Positions 61,132 through 64,000 of a stretch of 64,000 nucleotides of DNA are shown here, piece after piece. Each line of letters opens with the position of its first letter. Position 1 is the first letter of the stretch. The position numbers were made by a program, and so were the translations under genes. Source of the DNA: an uncultured Actinomycetes bacterium (GTDB lineage: Bacteria; Actinomycetota; Thermoleophilia; UBA2241); assembly GCA_963725665.1 (NCBI GenBank), contig CAVRZA010000001.1:480001-544000 (forward strand), read 5' to 3'. The notes under the pieces were generated by a model. That model was not told the DNA's origin. It did not search any database and saw nothing but the letters and a program-made list of their open reading frames with translations.

Positions 61132-61168
61132 GGGGCGGCAGGGTGCCAAAGGCACTGCCGCCCCCTTT
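61132..61168 (+). terminator. Intrinsic terminator-like hairpin
   Basis: GGGGCGGCAG..GTGCC-AAA-GGCACTGCCGCCCC followed by CTTT. Confidence 0.6.
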
Positions 61169-61421
61169 GCTGTCTGGAGCTCAGACTCCTCCACCTTCTC
61201 TCCGCTCGTACGCGGCGCGCGGCTGTCTCCCTATCGCAATCATGCAGGAGGGCCGTTTTGAGAGGAGGCCCGACCACACGCCTCGCGGCTACGTGTCAGT
61301 CCGCGGGCGCCGCCGAGGCGGCGACGAAGGGACGGCCGGTGTTGGACGTCCAGCCGAGCAGGCTGTAGCGGTTAAAGGCCGCCCAGCCACCGAGGTCGGC
61401 CACGGCCACGGTGAGGCGCGG

Positions 61422-62369
61422 CTATTCGCTCCCAGGGGCCTCGCCGGCGCTGGCGAGAAGGTCGACGACCCGGCGCGCGCAGCGGTCACCGGGGTCAAGA
61501 GATGGGTTCAGGATCGTGACGTCGGCGCCGAGCAGCGCCGGCGAGAGCAGTAGCGGGCGCAGCAGCTCTGCCGTCTGCCGCCAATCCGGTCCGCCGGGGA
61601 GCGGGTCGTCGACCGCCGGCATCGCCTCGCCGTCGATCACGTCCAGGTCGACGTGCAGCCAGAAGCGCCCTGGGTTGGCGGCGAGCTCGGCGGCCACGCG
61701 CTGTCCGGTGTGCCCAGGGCCCTCGGCGAGGAGGCTCGCCGACGCGATGATGCGCAGGCCGGGCGCCAGGCGGCGCGGGTCGGGCGACCCGTTGCTGCGG
61801 GCGAAGGCCGAGTCTCGAACGCCGAGCGCCACGGCGTCTACGTCGCGGAACAGGGGCGCAGCGGGCACGTCTGGGAGGAGCCCCGCGGGGCCATGGCCGG
61901 TGACGATCGCCAGCTCCATGTCGGCGACGCAGCCGCTGAGTGAGGACTGCCCGTCGTAGAAGTCCTCGTGACCGTCGACGAAGGCCAGCCCGGCGCGCCC
62001 GGCGACCTCGCGCACGGCGAGGCCGGCGCCGAGCAGAACGGCGCAGCAGCCACCGACCACGAGCGGGCGCTCCCCGAAGCGCAGGAGGGGCAGGAGCGCG
62101 TCCCGCAAACGGAGGCTGACGGCTGCCACCTCGGCCGGGCCGCGCACCCCGGTGAGTGGGTCGCGCGTGCCGCGCACGGGGCCGGCCTGCACGTCGCCGC
62201 GGTCGCGCACCCCGAGCGCCGCGATGAGGCCCATGCGTCGCAGCGCCGCCGGCATGCGGTTGCAGCCCTCTTCCAGCCCCTCTGAGTCGATCGGTACGCC
62301 GATCGCGCTCGTGAACACCGTCGTCATCCTGGCGGATGCCTCCTCGCTGCGGTCTCTCCGCTCGCTCAT
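61422..62369 (-). CDS. Arginase family protein
   Basis: VGGCC, VDGHEDF, LHVDLDVID..PGGP. Confidence 0.88.
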   Translation of the reverse strand: MSERRDRSEEASARMTTVFTSAIGVPIDSEGLEEGCNRMPAALRRMGLIAALGVRDRGDVQAGPVRGTRDPLTGVRGPAEVAAVSLRLRDALLPLLRFGERPLVVGGCCAVLLGAGLAVREVAGRAGLAFVDGHEDFYDGQSSLSGCVADMELAIVTGHGPAGLLPDVPAAPLFRDVDAVALGVRDSAFARSNGSPDPRRLAPGLRIIASASLLAEGPGHTGQRVAAELAANPGRFWLHVDLDVIDGEAMPAVDDPLPGGPDWRQTAELLRPLLLSPALLGADVTILNPSLDPGDRCARRVVDLLASAGEAPGSE

Positions 62370-62881
62370 ACCCGGGTCCAGGATCGGCCACTCCGACGCG
62401 CCTGGTAGCTGGGGTCGCCCGGCTCCACGAGGCGCGACCCGAACCGCGGGGAGGCCTTCCGAGGAGCCGCCGCGGCGGCGGCGCGACGCTCAGCGAAGGC
62501 ACTCCGCCACCGGCGTCGGCATCGCGTGACGCGTCAGTCCAAGCGGAGAGTGGTGCTGTCGCTGCCGGCGCATGGGCTAGACGGGGAGGATGCCTTGACG
62601 GATCGACCGTCAGCCCAAGAACGTGGCCCGTATGCGAGAGATAGAAGCGGTGTCCCGGTCATATGAACCGCGCGCAAGCACGCCGCTTCCACCTCTGGCG
62701 CAGCACCCGTGGACTCTGCAGCCCGCTGGGCAGGGTGCCGTCGATAGCGCGAGGGTCCCATTGGTTGATGTCGGAGGTAGAATCAGTGCGAAGAGCATCG
62801 CAGCGGGGTCGGACATATGGCGGGGACAGAAGACCGTCGCCGATCGAGGACTGTCCGGCTCTTGAGAAGCGAGGAACGCGT

Positions 62882-63709
62882 ATGCATCGCCACGACCCCG
62901 CGAGCGACCGCGCACAGGTACGGACTGCACTGCTGCTCGCCGCCGGCGTGGGCAGCCGGCTGGCGCCGTTGACCGACGCGCTGCCGAAGTGCCTCGTCTC
63001 CGTGAGCGGCGTGCCGATCCTCGAGCGACTGGTGCGCTCCCTCGACGGTCACGGGATCGAGCGCCTGGTCATCGTCACGGGCTACAAGGGCGAGACGATA
63101 CGCGACTACCTCGGCGAGAGCTTCGACGGCATCGCCATCGAGTACATCGTCAGCCCGCTGTTCGAGACCACCAACAACATCTACTCGCTGTGGCTGGCGC
63201 GACACCTGATCGACGAACCGTTCCTGCTGGTGGAGAGCGATCTCGTCTTCGACGAGCATCTGCTGGCGCCGCTGCTGCAGCCCGAACGGATCGCCGTCTC
63301 CAGGCAGCTGCCGTGGATGGGCGGCACGACGGTCACGCTCGACAGGGACGGCAACGTCAACGCCTTCTACCCGCCGCCGCCGGGGGTCTACGGCCAGCAC
63401 TGCACCGACAGCGGCCACTTCATGGCGGTCAACATCTGCAGCCTCGCGCGCGACACCTGGGGCGCTGTCTGCGAGCGACTCGACCAGCATGTGGCAGCCG
63501 GCCAGACCGGCTGCTTCTACGAGTCCGTGTTCGAGGAGATGGCCGCCGACGGCAGCATGGCCCTCGCGGCCGTGATCTTCCCCGCCGAACGTTGGTACGA
63601 GATCGACACGCCGGCCGATCTGGAGGCGGCCGAGCTGGTGTTCCCAAGGCATCTGCACGCCGCAGGAGGGTCGGGGCGGCGGAGTCTCGGCGACGGCGTG
63701 ACGGGGTGA
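62882..63709 (+). CDS. Phosphocholine cytidylyltransferase-like (LicC-family) NTP transferase
   Basis: LAAGVGSRL.PLT..LPKCL, TNNIYSL, WYEIDT..DL. Confidence 0.88.
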   Translation: MHRHDPASDRAQVRTALLLAAGVGSRLAPLTDALPKCLVSVSGVPILERLVRSLDGHGIERLVIVTGYKGETIRDYLGESFDGIAIEYIVSPLFETTNNIYSLWLARHLIDEPFLLVESDLVFDEHLLAPLLQPERIAVSRQLPWMGGTTVTLDRDGNVNAFYPPPPGVYGQHCTDSGHFMAVNICSLARDTWGAVCERLDQHVAAGQTGCFYESVFEEMAADGSMALAAVIFPAERWYEIDTPADLEAAELVFPRHLHAAGGSGRRSLGDGVTG

Positions 63710-63765
63710 GCCGGGGCGGCGGTGCAAGCCGGGGCGCCGCGCGGCCGCCGGCAGGTCCCGGGTCC

Positions 63766-64000
63766 ATGCTCGCGTTCGCCCGGGACCTGCCCAACGTGTG
63801 CTCGCTGGCCGGGCTCCTCGCTGCGCTGCTCGGGCTCTACTTCGCGATCCGCGGCGTCTACCCGGCGGCCATGATGGCACTGCTCTGGGCGGTCGTCTTT
63901 GACTGGAGCGACGGCCTCATCGCGCGACGCATGAAAGGACGCACGGCCGATCAGCGGGCTTTCGGCGCCCAGCTCGACTCACTGATCGACGTCGTCAGCT
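63766..64000 (+). CDS. CDP-alcohol phosphatidyltransferase (partial)
   Basis: DWSDGLIARR...FGAQLDSLIDVVS motif. Confidence 0.88.
   Translation, partial: MLAFARDLPNVCSLAGLLAALLGLYFAIRGVYPAAMMALLWAVVFDWSDGLIARRMKGRTADQRAFGAQLDSLIDVVS

Overview
High-GC (roughly 68-70%) bacterial DNA, probably from Actinomycetota (Thermoleophilia-like; inferred from protein style only). It is mostly an accessory region. The dominant structure is an integron-like array running from about 2.85 to 53.3 kb. It holds 21 truncated copies of the 3' end of one tyrosine-integrase family (...ERLGHATVSITLDTYSHAIPAMQEEAAALIAGLVFxx*), all on the minus strand, most ending at the integrase stop codon and cut at variable 5' points. 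One near-full-length but amber-interrupted integrase lies at 33249-34470. Between the tails sit 1-3 small cargo genes or gene fragments (VOC, SnoaL, cupin, YciI, ester cyclase, FmdB, GYD, SRPBCC, epimerase, Zn fingers) or larger blocks (NACHT-WD40 protein, two large secreted proteins, an ACD/2-oxoacid oxidoreductase operon). The conserved core of the tails is a 64-bp imperfect inverted repeat that can fold with an extrahelical G. Some tail+cargo units are duplicated with boundaries at the tails, suggesting the integrase's own 3' end serves as a cassette recombination site (inference). The window also contains tRNA-Arg and tRNA-Cys 3'-half att remnants with TGCCGAC arm-like repeats, IS630/IS256/IS110/IS3 remnants, an orphan rpoD-like/csp/rpsR cluster, a PAS-GGDEF-EAL gene, sigma28-like promoters and many frameshifted genes.
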